A DNA stretch of 64,000 bases from a virus. The notes below the pieces were generated by a model. The model was not told the origin of the DNA. It did not search any database and saw only the letters and a list, made by a program, of their open reading frames with translations. The DNA is taken from UHGV virus genome UHGV-0038492; one strand, 5' to 3'. Positions 53,746 through 63,800 of the stretch are shown one piece after another. The position numbers and the translations under genes were made by a program. Every line of letters starts with the position of its first letter. Position 1 is the first letter of the stretch.

Positions 53746-54252
53746 ATGAGTGAGACTCTGGATTTTAATCAGCTCGAACAACACGATTTCGACCTCGGTG
53801 TTCGTGATATCGATGCTGATCATGAAACACGTTGTAAAGAGCTGTTTAACCGTTACGGTCAGCTCATCACCGGTGCCTCTGATGACACCGAATTCAGTTT
53901 AGATGAGTTTGAAAAAGTTCTGTCGTGTTTTATCACTGACTGTCTGGCGAAGAAAGCGTTGCTGGTCGAACTGAACTTAGACTCCGTCGAACCTACTGAT
54001 GCCCATGCGGTGTTGAAAGAATCCATTATCCCAACTGATGAGATTATGGACACTGTCGCAGGTATTCGCGGTACGTTTGAAACTGCCGTAGAAGAATACA
54101 CGGAACAGCTTCGTGAATCAGGACTGACGTTGTGTGCGCCAGCAGGTGAGCCTTTACCGTCCGACGAAGAAACTGAAGAAGCGCGTAGTCGCTTAGCGCG
54201 TTATGTTATTACGTCTATCTTGGTAGATGATCGCGAAGAGAATCTGCTATAA
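53746..54252 (+). CDS. highly acidic hypothetical protein (168 aa)
   Basis: RBS tggagac; composition rich in Asp/Glu (net charge roughly -20 by eye); terminator follows. Confidence 0.6.
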   Translation: MSETLDFNQLEQHDFDLGVRDIDADHETRCKELFNRYGQLITGASDDTEFSLDEFEKVLSCFITDCLAKKALLVELNLDSVEPTDAHAVLKESIIPTDEIMDTVAGIRGTFETAVEEYTEQLRESGLTLCAPAGEPLPSDEETEEARSRLARYVITSILVDDREENLL

Positions 54253-54254
54253 GC

Positions 54255-54295
54255 TGCCCCTCTCTCCGTTTGGAGAGAGGGTGTATTTATTTTTA
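54255..54295 (+). terminator. Rho-independent terminator
   Basis: Stem cccctctctcc / ggagagaggg with loop gttt, then gtatttattttt. Confidence 0.8.
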
Positions 54296-54350
54296 CGCGT
54301 ATAGCCGTAGTTATGCACAAGTAAACAAAATTAATTGAGGAAACAATCTG

Positions 54351-54668
54351 ATGTGGTTAAGTGCTATTCACCGTGATTTGCCAAAACGTGAAGTGTCGTT
54401 TACTGTTGAGGACGCACCGATTGAGGTAGGCGTCGCGAAATTCGAAAGAATCGAAGAAGGGCAGTTTGTTGTAATGGATGACAACGACAACGAATTTATG
54501 TTGTTCCATCCGGAAGTTGACACGTCTGAAATTTGTGACGGTGTTCTTTTGTTGTCTTGGCAAAACCCTGAAACCAAAGAATGGATGTGGTGTGTTGCTA
54601 AACCGACAAATGAAGCCGAAACTGCATACGTGTTTGGGGAAATTTATGTCGAGCCAGAACCGCACTAA
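54351..54668 (+). CDS. hypothetical protein (105 aa)
   Basis: RBS gaggaaa before ATG 54351. Confidence 0.55.
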   Translation: MWLSAIHRDLPKREVSFTVEDAPIEVGVAKFERIEEGQFVVMDDNDNEFMLFHPEVDTSEICDGVLLLSWQNPETKEWMWCVAKPTNEAETAYVFGEIYVEPEPH

Positions 54669-54957
54669 TACTGATGAGTCCAATATACAGCGCTTGCAAC
54701 GGGCACTAACTGCGCCTCTAGGCGGCGAGATTCACGATCGTTGGGTAATTGCGAGGGTGGTAGAGATTGATTATTCTCAGGGACAGTTAATGTTAAATAA
54801 CTGCTCGACGAACGTGCCTTTCACGTTACCGCGCGATATATTCCGTCTTACGCCCAACGTTGATGAAATACTGACAATTGACAGGAAACTTCTATCGATA
54901 GAACTTCAGCATTTCCCCCTGCCTGGTAAGTCGGTTAACATTGCTTTGTCCAGTTAA
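54655..54957 (+). CDS. hypothetical protein (100 aa)
   Basis: ATG 54655 with RBS gggga 5 nt upstream, overlapping upstream gene by 14 nt (track start 54478 rejected). Confidence 0.45.
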   Translation, partial: QNRTNTDESNIQRLQRALTAPLGGEIHDRWVIARVVEIDYSQGQLMLNNCSTNVPFTLPRDIFRLTPNVDEILTIDRKLLSIELQHFPLPGKSVNIALSS

Positions 54958-54970
54958 CGGTCTAAAAAAT

Positions 54971-55004
54971 TTAAGATATATTTCATCTATGTGAGAATTC
55001 TCAC
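54971..55004 (+). promoter_or_regulatory. conserved promoter-like element copy 5 (variant)
   Basis: ttaAGATATATTTCATCTATGTGAGAATTCTCAC with perfect palindrome GTGAGAATTCTCAC. Confidence 0.4.
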
Positions 55005-55027
55005 TTAACTAAATGGAGTAATCTAAA

Positions 55028-55297
55028 ATGGCTAAGATTTACATTGTTGAAAAACGTTCAGGTAATGTTATTTCTTATCACGAAGAAGGTAAACCTGAAA
55101 AAGTTAAAACACTCAAGCTTGAAGGTTTTGATGTGAAAAGCCTGCGTAAAGGCGTGAAGATTACTTTCAAAGGTTTGATTCGTGCAGGTAACTTACACAT
55201 CATCAAAACAGATGGAACGATGGTTGCGTTAGCACCGGCTACCGCTGCGAAAACGACAGCCGGTCGTGGTTGCTACGGCAGCAGTCGTAAGTTTTAA
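55028..55297 (+). CDS. hypothetical small basic protein (89 aa)
   Basis: RBS tggag before ATG; between promoter-like element and terminator. Confidence 0.55.
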   Translation: MAKIYIVEKRSGNVISYHEEGKPEKVKTLKLEGFDVKSLRKGVKITFKGLIRAGNLHIIKTDGTMVALAPATAAKTTAGRGCYGSSRKF

Positions 55298-55301
55298 GCA
55301 G

Positions 55302-55342
55302 TGCCCCTCTCTCCGCTAGGAGAGAGGGTACTTTTATTTTTC
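55302..55342 (+). terminator. Rho-independent terminator (near-duplicate of 54255-54295)
   Basis: Stem cccctctctcc / ggagagaggg with loop gcta, then tacttttattttt. Confidence 0.8.
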
Positions 55343-55355
55343 TTCGAGGTGTGTG

Positions 55356-55844
55356 ATGACAACGGTATTAGTAACAAAGGATTACATTTTAGCCGATCGG
55401 TTGGTTGATTACGGCGGTACAGTTAAAGAGCTTCCTAAATTACACAAATACAAAAACAAATTCGTTGTTTACACTGGGGAACGTGTATTGGACTCTGATC
55501 TCTGGAAAACGATGATAATGTCCGCAGCAGAAAAATATTTAATTGAAGAAAAGCGAACTAAGGTTGAAGGGATATTTAAAGATCTTATCGAAAAAGAACG
55601 ACTTTTCGATCAGGTTATTATTTTTACAGCTAAGGAAACGTTTTGGCTAGGGTTGGTAGCAGATAAATTTGAAGCCCACACATTGAATAAAAACACGGTT
55701 TGGACAACGGGTTCAGGTCAAGGTTTTGCTCGAGCAGCATGGGCATCAGGCATAGCCGAAAAGAATATCGTCCCCTTAGTAGGTTCGATCGATACAGCGA
55801 CATCACAGTCTTACGACTTGTTTTACAGGAAGCATTTACGATGA
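55356..55844 (+). CDS. hypothetical protein (162 aa)
   Basis: ATG 55356 with RBS gaggt 5 nt upstream. Confidence 0.55.
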   Translation: MTTVLVTKDYILADRLVDYGGTVKELPKLHKYKNKFVVYTGERVLDSDLWKTMIMSAAEKYLIEEKRTKVEGIFKDLIEKERLFDQVIIFTAKETFWLGLVADKFEAHTLNKNTVWTTGSGQGFARAAWASGIAEKNIVPLVGSIDTATSQSYDLFYRKHLR

Positions 55845-56362
55845 AAATAAATGCGGTTTTAATTGGCGAAGAAATATTCGTGAATACAAAAACACAATAC
55901 TTGTGCTACGAAGGCATTACTGTAATAGATGACTATTACGGTAAGTACGGTTGGTGGATTCCGTCACCTAACTCTTTGCGATTAGAAGAAGCAATAACTG
56001 CCGAAGAAAACAAACTGGATGATGAATGGACTTATATCAGCTCCGTAATTGACGTTAGCGGACGAATTAAAGACGTCTTCTGGGCTAAAGGTATAGGGTG
56101 GCGTGTTACGCTACATCAAGCCACACCGGTAAGATTGTTGTACGACCACACTGACACTTCGGAGTTAGCGTTTACCATTGAGACGCTCTCAGTGCGTAAA
56201 GATTTAGATAACGTAGGTAAAGGGAAGTGGTCGATTGAACGTATAGAGGAAATTCTCAGTCACTTTAAAGCCAACAACCAATTTAAACGTTGGTGTACGC
56301 TACCTGAGTTAGTAGAAGAGTTGAAAAAGCGGGATTGCAAGCCGCTACCTTTTAATCCGTAA
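55841..56362 (+). CDS. hypothetical protein (173 aa)
   Basis: ATGA start/stop overlap with upstream gene (track start 55700 rejected as too overlapping). Confidence 0.5.
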   Translation: MKINAVLIGEEIFVNTKTQYLCYEGITVIDDYYGKYGWWIPSPNSLRLEEAITAEENKLDDEWTYISSVIDVSGRIKDVFWAKGIGWRVTLHQATPVRLLYDHTDTSELAFTIETLSVRKDLDNVGKGKWSIERIEEILSHFKANNQFKRWCTLPELVEELKKRDCKPLPFNP

Positions 56363-56406
56363 CTTTTTACGAATGCAGCTATTTTAATGATTAGGAGAAT
56401 ATAGAG

Positions 56407-56802
56407 ATGACAGCAATACTAGGTGTAATGGCAAGAAAAGCCGACATCATTGAAACGTTTATTGAGCAATACAACAACTCGCCGTATACGCGTTTTAGAT
56501 TACATAAACCGAAGAATAGTACAGAATGGGTTCGCTGGTTCAGGATTTGGGATAAAACAATAAGTAAAATTGATCCGTTATTTAGAATAACGGTTGAACC
56601 TGCTTATTGGATTGTAATGGAAATTTCGCTATTACGTATTATCGAAAAACGTCCGATTGACACTATGACGATGTTTGGGAAAGATACGTATAAAATGTTG
56701 ACCAATGGTTTTGTGGGTAATGGGGAACACACGTTGTATCAGGCGATGCTGGAAATGTGTTTGTTCGATTTAGTTACTTACGAATTGGGGATTTCAAAAT
56801 GA
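56407..56802 (+). CDS. hypothetical protein (131 aa)
   Basis: RBS aggagaatatagag before ATG 56407. Confidence 0.55.
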   Translation: MTAILGVMARKADIIETFIEQYNNSPYTRFRLHKPKNSTEWVRWFRIWDKTISKIDPLFRITVEPAYWIVMEISLLRIIEKRPIDTMTMFGKDTYKMLTNGFVGNGEHTLYQAMLEMCLFDLVTYELGISK

Positions 56803-57263
56803 ATTGCTTCGAATCTAAAGAAATTGTTGAGTTGTTTAAGCAACGTGAGAAAACAACATTCCGTGACCTGTACGATTCCGATTACCGTCCTCTGTTTGCG
56901 GTATTGTTGAAACTGGATAAAGAACCCGAAATCGCACTAGCAGAAGTTCAGCATCATCACATCAGTTTCGTGTTAACTGAAAACAAGGAACGTTGGGTAG
57001 ATGACATACTGGGTCGTATTGCGCTTTTGGAAACGCCGCATCGCTGGGAAGTGGTTATTCAGAAATCGTTGTTCCCGCGTGAAGACATTTTCAACAATTA
57101 TCGTCCGAAACAGTATTACAACCACGACGGGTCACCAAAACGTGCTTTTCTGGCACCCCAGCATTTCGTAACCTACGTAACGTTGCGTTACAAAGACACC
57201 GTGGTACCGTTTGACACCTACCTGGAAATGCGTGAGATAATTTTAGGGAAGAATCCAACATGA
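56799..57263 (+). CDS. hypothetical protein (154 aa)
   Basis: ATGA overlap with upstream gene; start at MNCFES. Confidence 0.5.
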   Translation: MNCFESKEIVELFKQREKTTFRDLYDSDYRPLFAVLLKLDKEPEIALAEVQHHHISFVLTENKERWVDDILGRIALLETPHRWEVVIQKSLFPREDIFNNYRPKQYYNHDGSPKRAFLAPQHFVTYVTLRYKDTVVPFDTYLEMREIILGKNPT

Positions 57264-57742
57264 TTCAATTTTCTGTTGACGCAGAAAGACTGGCGTCGTT
57301 TAAAGAACGTGCTCAGTCTGCAACTAAAAACGGCTATATCGAGAAAGGTGTTCGTGATACCTGTAAACTAATTAACGACCATCCGCACCTGGCGACAATG
57401 TGGAGCTGTGAAGGTCACGGTATGTATTCTAAGTCACCTGGAAATCTGCATATCGTTTTTGCAACAGACGCTATTGGAAGTCAGATTCCAATGCAGGTTA
57501 TGTCCGAACTTGCAAAATCGGATTTACCTAATTTTTGGAATCTTAGTTTGTGTCGTCTTTATATACCAGATTCATACACGGATTTGGTATATCTTGAACC
57601 TGACTATGGGCTAAACACCGACGACACGTCTTACTGGGCTTGGAAAATCGGATACATGTGCTTGATTAATCGGCCAGCATTAATTGAGACACGTCAAGCT
57701 CTTTACAAAGCATTTCACACAGTATTAGTTGAGAATAAATAA
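57260..57742 (+). CDS. hypothetical protein (160 aa)
   Basis: ATGA overlap with upstream gene. Confidence 0.55.
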   Translation: MIQFSVDAERLASFKERAQSATKNGYIEKGVRDTCKLINDHPHLATMWSCEGHGMYSKSPGNLHIVFATDAIGSQIPMQVMSELAKSDLPNFWNLSLCRLYIPDSYTDLVYLEPDYGLNTDDTSYWAWKIGYMCLINRPALIETRQALYKAFHTVLVENK

Positions 57743-58434
57743 TGGCTACCAAACAAAAGAAACCTCGTAACAAAAAGTATAACCCGAAAGCGGCTGCTAA
57801 CCGTACTGCGCACACCATTGCTGAAAATGCGCTAAACCGTATTACTTTCGTCGGTAGCTCTATTCGTCCTATTGGTCCGTACGCAGGCCGTGGTTTCCAG
57901 TTCACAACGTCACCGCGTATGCGCATGGCAGCGACTGATATGTTAATCGGTGGTTTGTTTGACGAACCACGTAACTGGAAACTCTGGGTTGCGCATCTGT
58001 ACGAAACGGATAATGGTGTACAAGCAGAAACCGTCGTGGCAACGCTTGACGACTACACGTTAAGTGACTTCTGTCAACACGGCGACAAAATCATCAAGTC
58101 GTTACGTGAGACAGAAGAAAACTACTTCGGTTACGCTTTCGTTGCTGCACCTAACGAACGCTATGATTTCGACCAGGGAGAAGAACGCTTACTGGAAAAC
58201 TTCATGCATTCTGGACTGTTAGACAAATCCTTACACTTACCTGAAGAAGAACTGATGGTTTCGCGTAAGGATATGGTAACGTTGCTGTTAGCCGACCGTG
58301 GTCGTTTTGATATCACCGAGCCACATGTACGTAAGGTACAGAAACTCGTGGATAAGGTAGACGAAACTGACCTGGACACTAATGAAGTCGCAACGCGTAT
58401 TCAAAGTGTAGTAAACCAGATTGAGGATTACTAA
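57742..58434 (+). CDS. hypothetical protein (230 aa) with basic N-terminus
   Basis: TAATG overlap with upstream gene; N-terminal KQKKPRNKKYNPK. Confidence 0.6.
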   Translation: MATKQKKPRNKKYNPKAAANRTAHTIAENALNRITFVGSSIRPIGPYAGRGFQFTTSPRMRMAATDMLIGGLFDEPRNWKLWVAHLYETDNGVQAETVVATLDDYTLSDFCQHGDKIIKSLRETEENYFGYAFVAAPNERYDFDQGEERLLENFMHSGLLDKSLHLPEEELMVSRKDMVTLLLADRGRFDITEPHVRKVQKLVDKVDETDLDTNEVATRIQSVVNQIEDY

Positions 58435-58436
58435 AC

Positions 58437-58967
58437 GTGATAGCACGACTTGTGGGTTGGTTTAAGCAACGTCGTGCAAAGGCGGTCGAATGGCCGCCTA
58501 TTACGCATGACGAGAAAGTGGCTCTTTTTTTGGGGTATAACAAAGACTTGGGGAGATTAGGCGAGTTAATGCACTTAACGGAACGCCAGGTTTTTGCTAA
58601 GATTTCGAGCAGCGAGTTGCGTAAAGAAGTAATTCCCCACCTATCCTTTTTAGGGCAGGTTTATGCAAAGACGACAGAGGAATTTTTATCAACCCAAGGT
58701 AGCGAACGGCCACATATTCGGTTTTCCGTCGTAGGTGAACCTGATACGGTAGGTGAAATCGATTTTAAGATGCTGTATCGCAGAATAAAAGATGATGGGT
58801 TTATACATGTTAAACGATTATCAGAAACTTCTGTGGTGATTTATCATCGCACTGATCAGGATTTGTTAGGGTGTGTTATAAAGCTATCAAATTTACATAG
58901 TTTTTACGTTGATTTACTTACGGACTTTTATCCAGAACCTTGGTGCTTTATAGATGAAAATAAATGA
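58437..58967 (+). CDS. hypothetical protein (176 aa), GTG start
   Basis: GTG 58437 with RBS gagga 9 nt upstream. Confidence 0.5.
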   Translation: MIARLVGWFKQRRAKAVEWPPITHDEKVALFLGYNKDLGRLGELMHLTERQVFAKISSSELRKEVIPHLSFLGQVYAKTTEEFLSTQGSERPHIRFSVVGEPDTVGEIDFKMLYRRIKDDGFIHVKRLSETSVVIYHRTDQDLLGCVIKLSNLHSFYVDLLTDFYPEPWCFIDENK

Positions 58968-59166
58968 CGGATATATCATTTCAGCAATCGTTTCAACTGC
59001 GTTGATTGTAGCGATGTTGATGTTCTACGTTAAGACGTCTGACGAATCACGTAGAGACTCCCTTTATCGTGAATGTATGTCAGGCACTACTGTAGATAGC
59101 CCACGTTACGCTGAATTAGTAATGGCGTGTACGGAATACGCTAATCGAATGGGAGGAGGGAAATGA
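58954..59166 (+). CDS. small membrane/secreted protein (70 aa)
   Basis: N-terminal hydrophobic segment IISAIVSTALIVAMLMFYV, then LYRECM...ACTEY; sequence-related to the next ORF. Confidence 0.45.
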   Translation: MKINDGYIISAIVSTALIVAMLMFYVKTSDESRRDSLYRECMSGTTVDSPRYAELVMACTEYANRMGGGK

Positions 59167-59360
59167 AAATTTGGTTGCCGATTGTAGTTTTTATCGTTAT
59201 TGCAGGGGCTTTAGCGAATGCCGAGTACGACTCTCGTACTTTAGAAACGAAACGTGAATTGTACCAGGACTGTATAAAGGATTATACACCGGGCACAGAA
59301 CTTCATGCGCAAGCTGTAAAAAGCTGTGCGCTGATGGCTGAATCGCAGACTCGTTCCTAA
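59163..59360 (+). CDS. small secreted protein with signal peptide (65 aa)
   Basis: Strong RBS ggaggagg; N-terminus MKIWLPIVVFIVIAGALANA (AxA cleavage-like), then LYQDCI...SCALM; related to previous ORF. Confidence 0.5.
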   Translation: MKIWLPIVVFIVIAGALANAEYDSRTLETKRELYQDCIKDYTPGTELHAQAVKSCALMAESQTRS

Positions 59361-59734
59361 TGCGTATCTGGACGCTACAACTCGCTAAGTGGCGGTTAGC
59401 TAAGCAGAAAGGATTTCACGCAGTGGATATCACTGTGAAGTCAGGGCGGAAGGAACTCGCCCCCGACTGGGATTTCCTAATGGCGTATAAAAACTCTGCC
59501 CAAGACGCCGCCGCTGAGCGTGAATACACGATAAAGTATTTGTACAAGCTCGAACGACTGTTAGATGCCGATGCCGAAACGTTGGTCTCGTTGCTTAGAC
59601 ACGAAGATTTGGTTTTGATGTGTTATTGTCCCGCAGGTAAGTTTTGTCATCGTCACCTACTGGCGAGCAAACTTCAAGAAGTAGGAATGATGTTCGGTAT
59701 CGATGTTGAGTTGTGTGGCGAATTAACCGAATGA
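59360..59734 (+). CDS. DUF488-like protein (124 aa), putative
   Basis: C-terminal LVLMCYCPAGKFCHRHLLA resembles the Cys-x-Cys...CHR signature I associate with DUF488; coupled TAATG start. Confidence 0.45.
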   Translation: MRIWTLQLAKWRLAKQKGFHAVDITVKSGRKELAPDWDFLMAYKNSAQDAAAEREYTIKYLYKLERLLDADAETLVSLLRHEDLVLMCYCPAGKFCHRHLLASKLQEVGMMFGIDVELCGELTE

Positions 59735-59796
59735 AAAACTTTATCAAAACCTTCCGAAAATCACCAATCGTTCTTGATTTTTAAGTACAGAATAGT

Positions 59797-59842
59797 CTCC
59801 TACCGCCCGATTCTATGGGCGGTAGGTGTTTTATTTTTTTTT
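59797..59842 (+). terminator. Rho-independent terminator
   Basis: Stem cctaccgccc / gggcggtagg with loop gattctat, then tgttttattttttttt. Confidence 0.8.
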
Positions 59843-59859
59843 CGATCTTGGAGGGTTAA

Positions 59860-60423
59860 GTGGCCACATCTTACGTACCTGATTTGAGTCTGACCTCAGC
59901 AGAGCTAGTGGTCGCTTTAATCAATCATGATAACGGGTTACAGCTTACACTAAACGAAATCCGTATTAGCGGAACTGTAACAAACCCATCCCCAACAACT
60001 TCGCGACGTAACACTATCACCGAAATCAGTAAAATCAGAAAACCAGATGGTGCGTCTGTTGTGGTTTACTACGACAGACTTGACGCCGATGAGGTATTAA
60101 CGTCCGAACCTATTTTGATTTCGTTAGACGGTACCGAAGCGAACATTCGTGATGTGCTTAGTGTTGTAAATGAATACTGCGGTACGAATTTACAACCTGA
60201 GGACTTACGTGCCTCAGATATTACTTCAGGTAATGATCCTATTGCTATTAACGTTGCTGACGATTCTCCTGCCTGGATGAATGCGTTTATGGTGACGTTG
60301 TTTGATAAAACCGAACGTGCGTTAGCGAACGAAGAAGATGAAATCTTCTGCATCGGTGACGATAGCGTTCTTACATTCGAGGTTACAGATGGCGACAGCA
60401 CTGAAGAAGACGAGACTCCATGA
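59860..60423 (+). CDS. hypothetical protein (187 aa), acidic C-terminus
   Basis: RBS ggaggg before ATG 59860. Confidence 0.55.
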   Translation: MATSYVPDLSLTSAELVVALINHDNGLQLTLNEIRISGTVTNPSPTTSRRNTITEISKIRKPDGASVVVYYDRLDADEVLTSEPILISLDGTEANIRDVLSVVNEYCGTNLQPEDLRASDITSGNDPIAINVADDSPAWMNAFMVTLFDKTERALANEEDEIFCIGDDSVLTFEVTDGDSTEEDETP

Positions 60424-60850
60424 GCTCGAAAGCTACGCAGGCACACCCCAAGGCGGGGTACTGCTGTATAGCAAAGACAATAAAGAATATAAAATTGATG
60501 TTGATAAGTTAGCCCCGGTTGCGACAGTCACCACGGTTAACGGTTCGAATAATGCCGCCACGTTGGATTTCAATACCAGCACTGACATTATTCTGGTGTT
60601 AAACGATCCTAACACTACAGTGACGTTCGCAGCCCTTACCAACGTTGCAGAAAATACCCGTTTCGAAGTAATGCTAACGATTAAGCAAGGAACAGGGGCG
60701 AATAAAGTAACCTGGCCTGAAAACGTTAAATGGCCTCACGGTGCACAACCGGTTTTATCCTACGCGGCAAATGCGGAAGACACTCTGTCGCTTTATACCC
60801 TTGATGGGGGTGCCACCTGGAAAGGTTCTCTTCTTGCAGCGGGTTACTAA
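60389..60850 (+). CDS. hypothetical protein (153 aa)
   Basis: ATG 60389 with RBS gagg 6 nt upstream (track start 60338 rejected); stop abuts next start. Confidence 0.5.
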   Translation: MATALKKTRLHELESYAGTPQGGVLLYSKDNKEYKIDVDKLAPVATVTTVNGSNNAATLDFNTSTDIILVLNDPNTTVTFAALTNVAENTRFEVMLTIKQGTGANKVTWPENVKWPHGAQPVLSYAANAEDTLSLYTLDGGATWKGSLLAAGY

Positions 60851-63800
60851 ATGAGAAAACATTTTCAGCGTCACGCGATTAGCTACGCGTTATCGTTAGC
60901 TTACGGACACCAATCCTTCGTTACCCGGAATACGGGAACGACTCACGACGCGCACAACGAACACTATATTCAAAACGAAGAAGGTGTTCTGTCGAATAAC
61001 CGTCATTTCATTGCTGACACTATGGCGGAATACCAACCGAACGGGGATGCGACGACCGAGGGTCAGTCGTTACACGTTATTGGTTACTGCCACATGTATA
61101 TCGCGACGAAAGACGAAAGATGGTTAGATGCGGCGAAACGTGCCTGGGATGCGTACAACACGTACTTCTACGTCGGACAACCTATTCCGACCACACCCCA
61201 GCGTCGTATTTGTAACTGGTTGGTAAACGGGAAAGAACCGGTATTAGCACATTATCCAATACATCCTACAGAACCTACCCAAGGTGGGTATAAAAGCGTT
61301 CCTGTAAGGTTTACAAACGGACAGTGTAAAATACCGCATGGTGCACCGTTCTGGGGAGAGTATTTGGATACCTTTACGTTTGCGCATCGTGGTCACCCTG
61401 CCTGGGAAGCCATTAACGCAGACGTACAGATTATCAAGGAAGACAAAGAAGGGTCAATTAATTGGGAAGATGTTTTAACTCACGTTATTACCAATCCTGA
61501 TAAACCCTACGAGGCCAAAGCGTGGGTTGATTGGCCTACGTTATTAAACAACGCTACAGGGTACACCCCGCTTTGGGGTGGGAGCGCAACAAAAGCCCCT
61601 AAACACGACGTTGACTGGATAATTGCCTGGACAGGTAACAAAATCCAGGACAGTGAGATTATTGAAACAGGATTAGCAGATGCTGATAAAGGTACCGTAC
61701 AGTTAAAAGACACGCAGTTAAACGGTGTCTATTTGATTAACTACGCGGTAAAACTGCCTGTCGAACACGGTGGTTACGAGTTTAAACGTAACGAACCGTG
61801 GCACAACCGTCCAGTTCACACGCCGTTCTTAGGATCGAAAAACCAATACGGTAACGCCGCTGATGCTGAACTGTGGTTTATTGACGCCTGTTATTTGCTG
61901 TGGCGAATCACGGGTGAAGAGAAATACAAACAAGCATTAGACTGTACTTTCTACACAGCACACGAGTACACGTATATTGATGCGGTAGATAAATTCTTCC
62001 GTCGTTCTACCGCTGCGGAAACACCGTTTACGGACGGCATTTCGTACGACTTCAATTACCCGGACACCGTAAGTGCTACATACGGCCGTGATGAGAATGG
62101 GGATATTACCATCCATGTGCCTGAAGCGGCACAACACTTTATGGAGCAGAAAGCGGTTCGATTCAGGATTAACAAAGACTCCAAACTACGTGTCACGTAC
62201 GGCGGGGTTTGTAAGAACGGCGATCCTGTCTACTGTAAAGCAATGGTAAACATTAACCCTGTGAAAGCTGATACCGAGGAAGTAAACTGGTACGGTTTAA
62301 CTTTACCTCGGTCTACGGTAAATACCGTTAAGCAGTACGATGTTGACTTAGGCCAACTTGCCCGTATTAGCACCCCAGAAGGGGAAGATTACCTGATAGC
62401 TGATGACCGTGCGTGTTCGGACTATGGTGGTTGTACGTGGGAAGAACGTTTTGAGGACAGCATTTACGACGGTCGCGCGGGTACCGTTATAGAAGCTGAA
62501 TTTCCTGATGACGGTGCCGGGTTTATTATCGGGTTCTGGTTAACCGCTGAAGAGAAGGTAAAACCGGTTTCTATTGTCTACCGTGCGGACGCAGATTTTA
62601 ACCTGCGTTTAGCTGACAGCGATAAGTGGCGTTGGTGGTGGATGTTACCCAACACAAACAACGAATGGCGTCAGGTAACGTTAAATCCGGATGATGCCAC
62701 ACTTTCCAGTTATCAGCCGGACCACACAGACGACGACCCTAAACCGGCAGCGCCGAATTTCGATAAGGTGGATCAGGTCACGATTCTCCCTGACTCTACG
62801 GTTGACCATGCGCACTTTGCTTACTATTGTGTTAACGATGTTCCACCGCTCTTTAATAAAGACGACGGTTATATTCTCACCTTCCGTATTGGGTTACGCG
62901 GCGGTGGAGAGTTTGATGCGAAGGTCGGCGACTGTACGATCAAAGATTACCGTTTGGATTCGTTAGCGTATTGTCCGGGTACGATACCGTTCTCGAACAA
63001 CTATTCAGAAGGTTCAGAACAGTTAGGTGCTTGGCACGGGATGCCTTATCCGGGTTATCAGTATCCGTTTATGTACACTATCCACAAAGACGACCGGTAT
63101 AAGCTGTGGTTAGATAACCAGATTCAATTCATGTACGATTCGCAGTTGGCTTACCAACGGCAGCTCGGTGAATTAGGGCCTGGTTGTGCAGCTTATATTT
63201 GGAACCGTTGGGACAACTACACCTACGGAGAAGCGGATACCTGGACAACGTTCCATTGGAGCGACGACCATCCGTGGCCAGGGTATCAACCTCGTGCGTT
63301 TCATGCTGCGTGTCGTTGCTGGTACGAACTGAAACTAAGAGGTAAAGAGGTTCCTGAAGCGTTAACAAGCTATATTGAAAACTGGGTGAATTGGCTAGGT
63401 GGGTTTGTGGATCGGTTTAACGGACACACCCCTAACGAGTTTCCTACAGCACCGAATAAACCCGTTTGGGTGGAAGATGACTTCAACGCACATATGTGTG
63501 CGTTGTGGTTAGCAGGCTGTTGTTGGGCATTACTCGCTGGTGCAACGAATCCGAACTACGATAAGGTAGTTAATGCGGCAATTAAGGAGTTAGGTGAAGG
63601 GTTTACGATTACCTCAATTCCGAATAAGCCGATTAACGGGGCGTGGTCTCCAGCCGCTCGAGAGTCTTCCGATAACGGTATGGCTTTTGGGTTCTACAGT
63701 GGGGAAGCGTTCCGTGCGTTAGGTCTCTACGTTACTTACAAAACTTACGGAGCCAACGCTAATATTTATCGTGACTTAGCGATTACTGACCACAGTCAAG

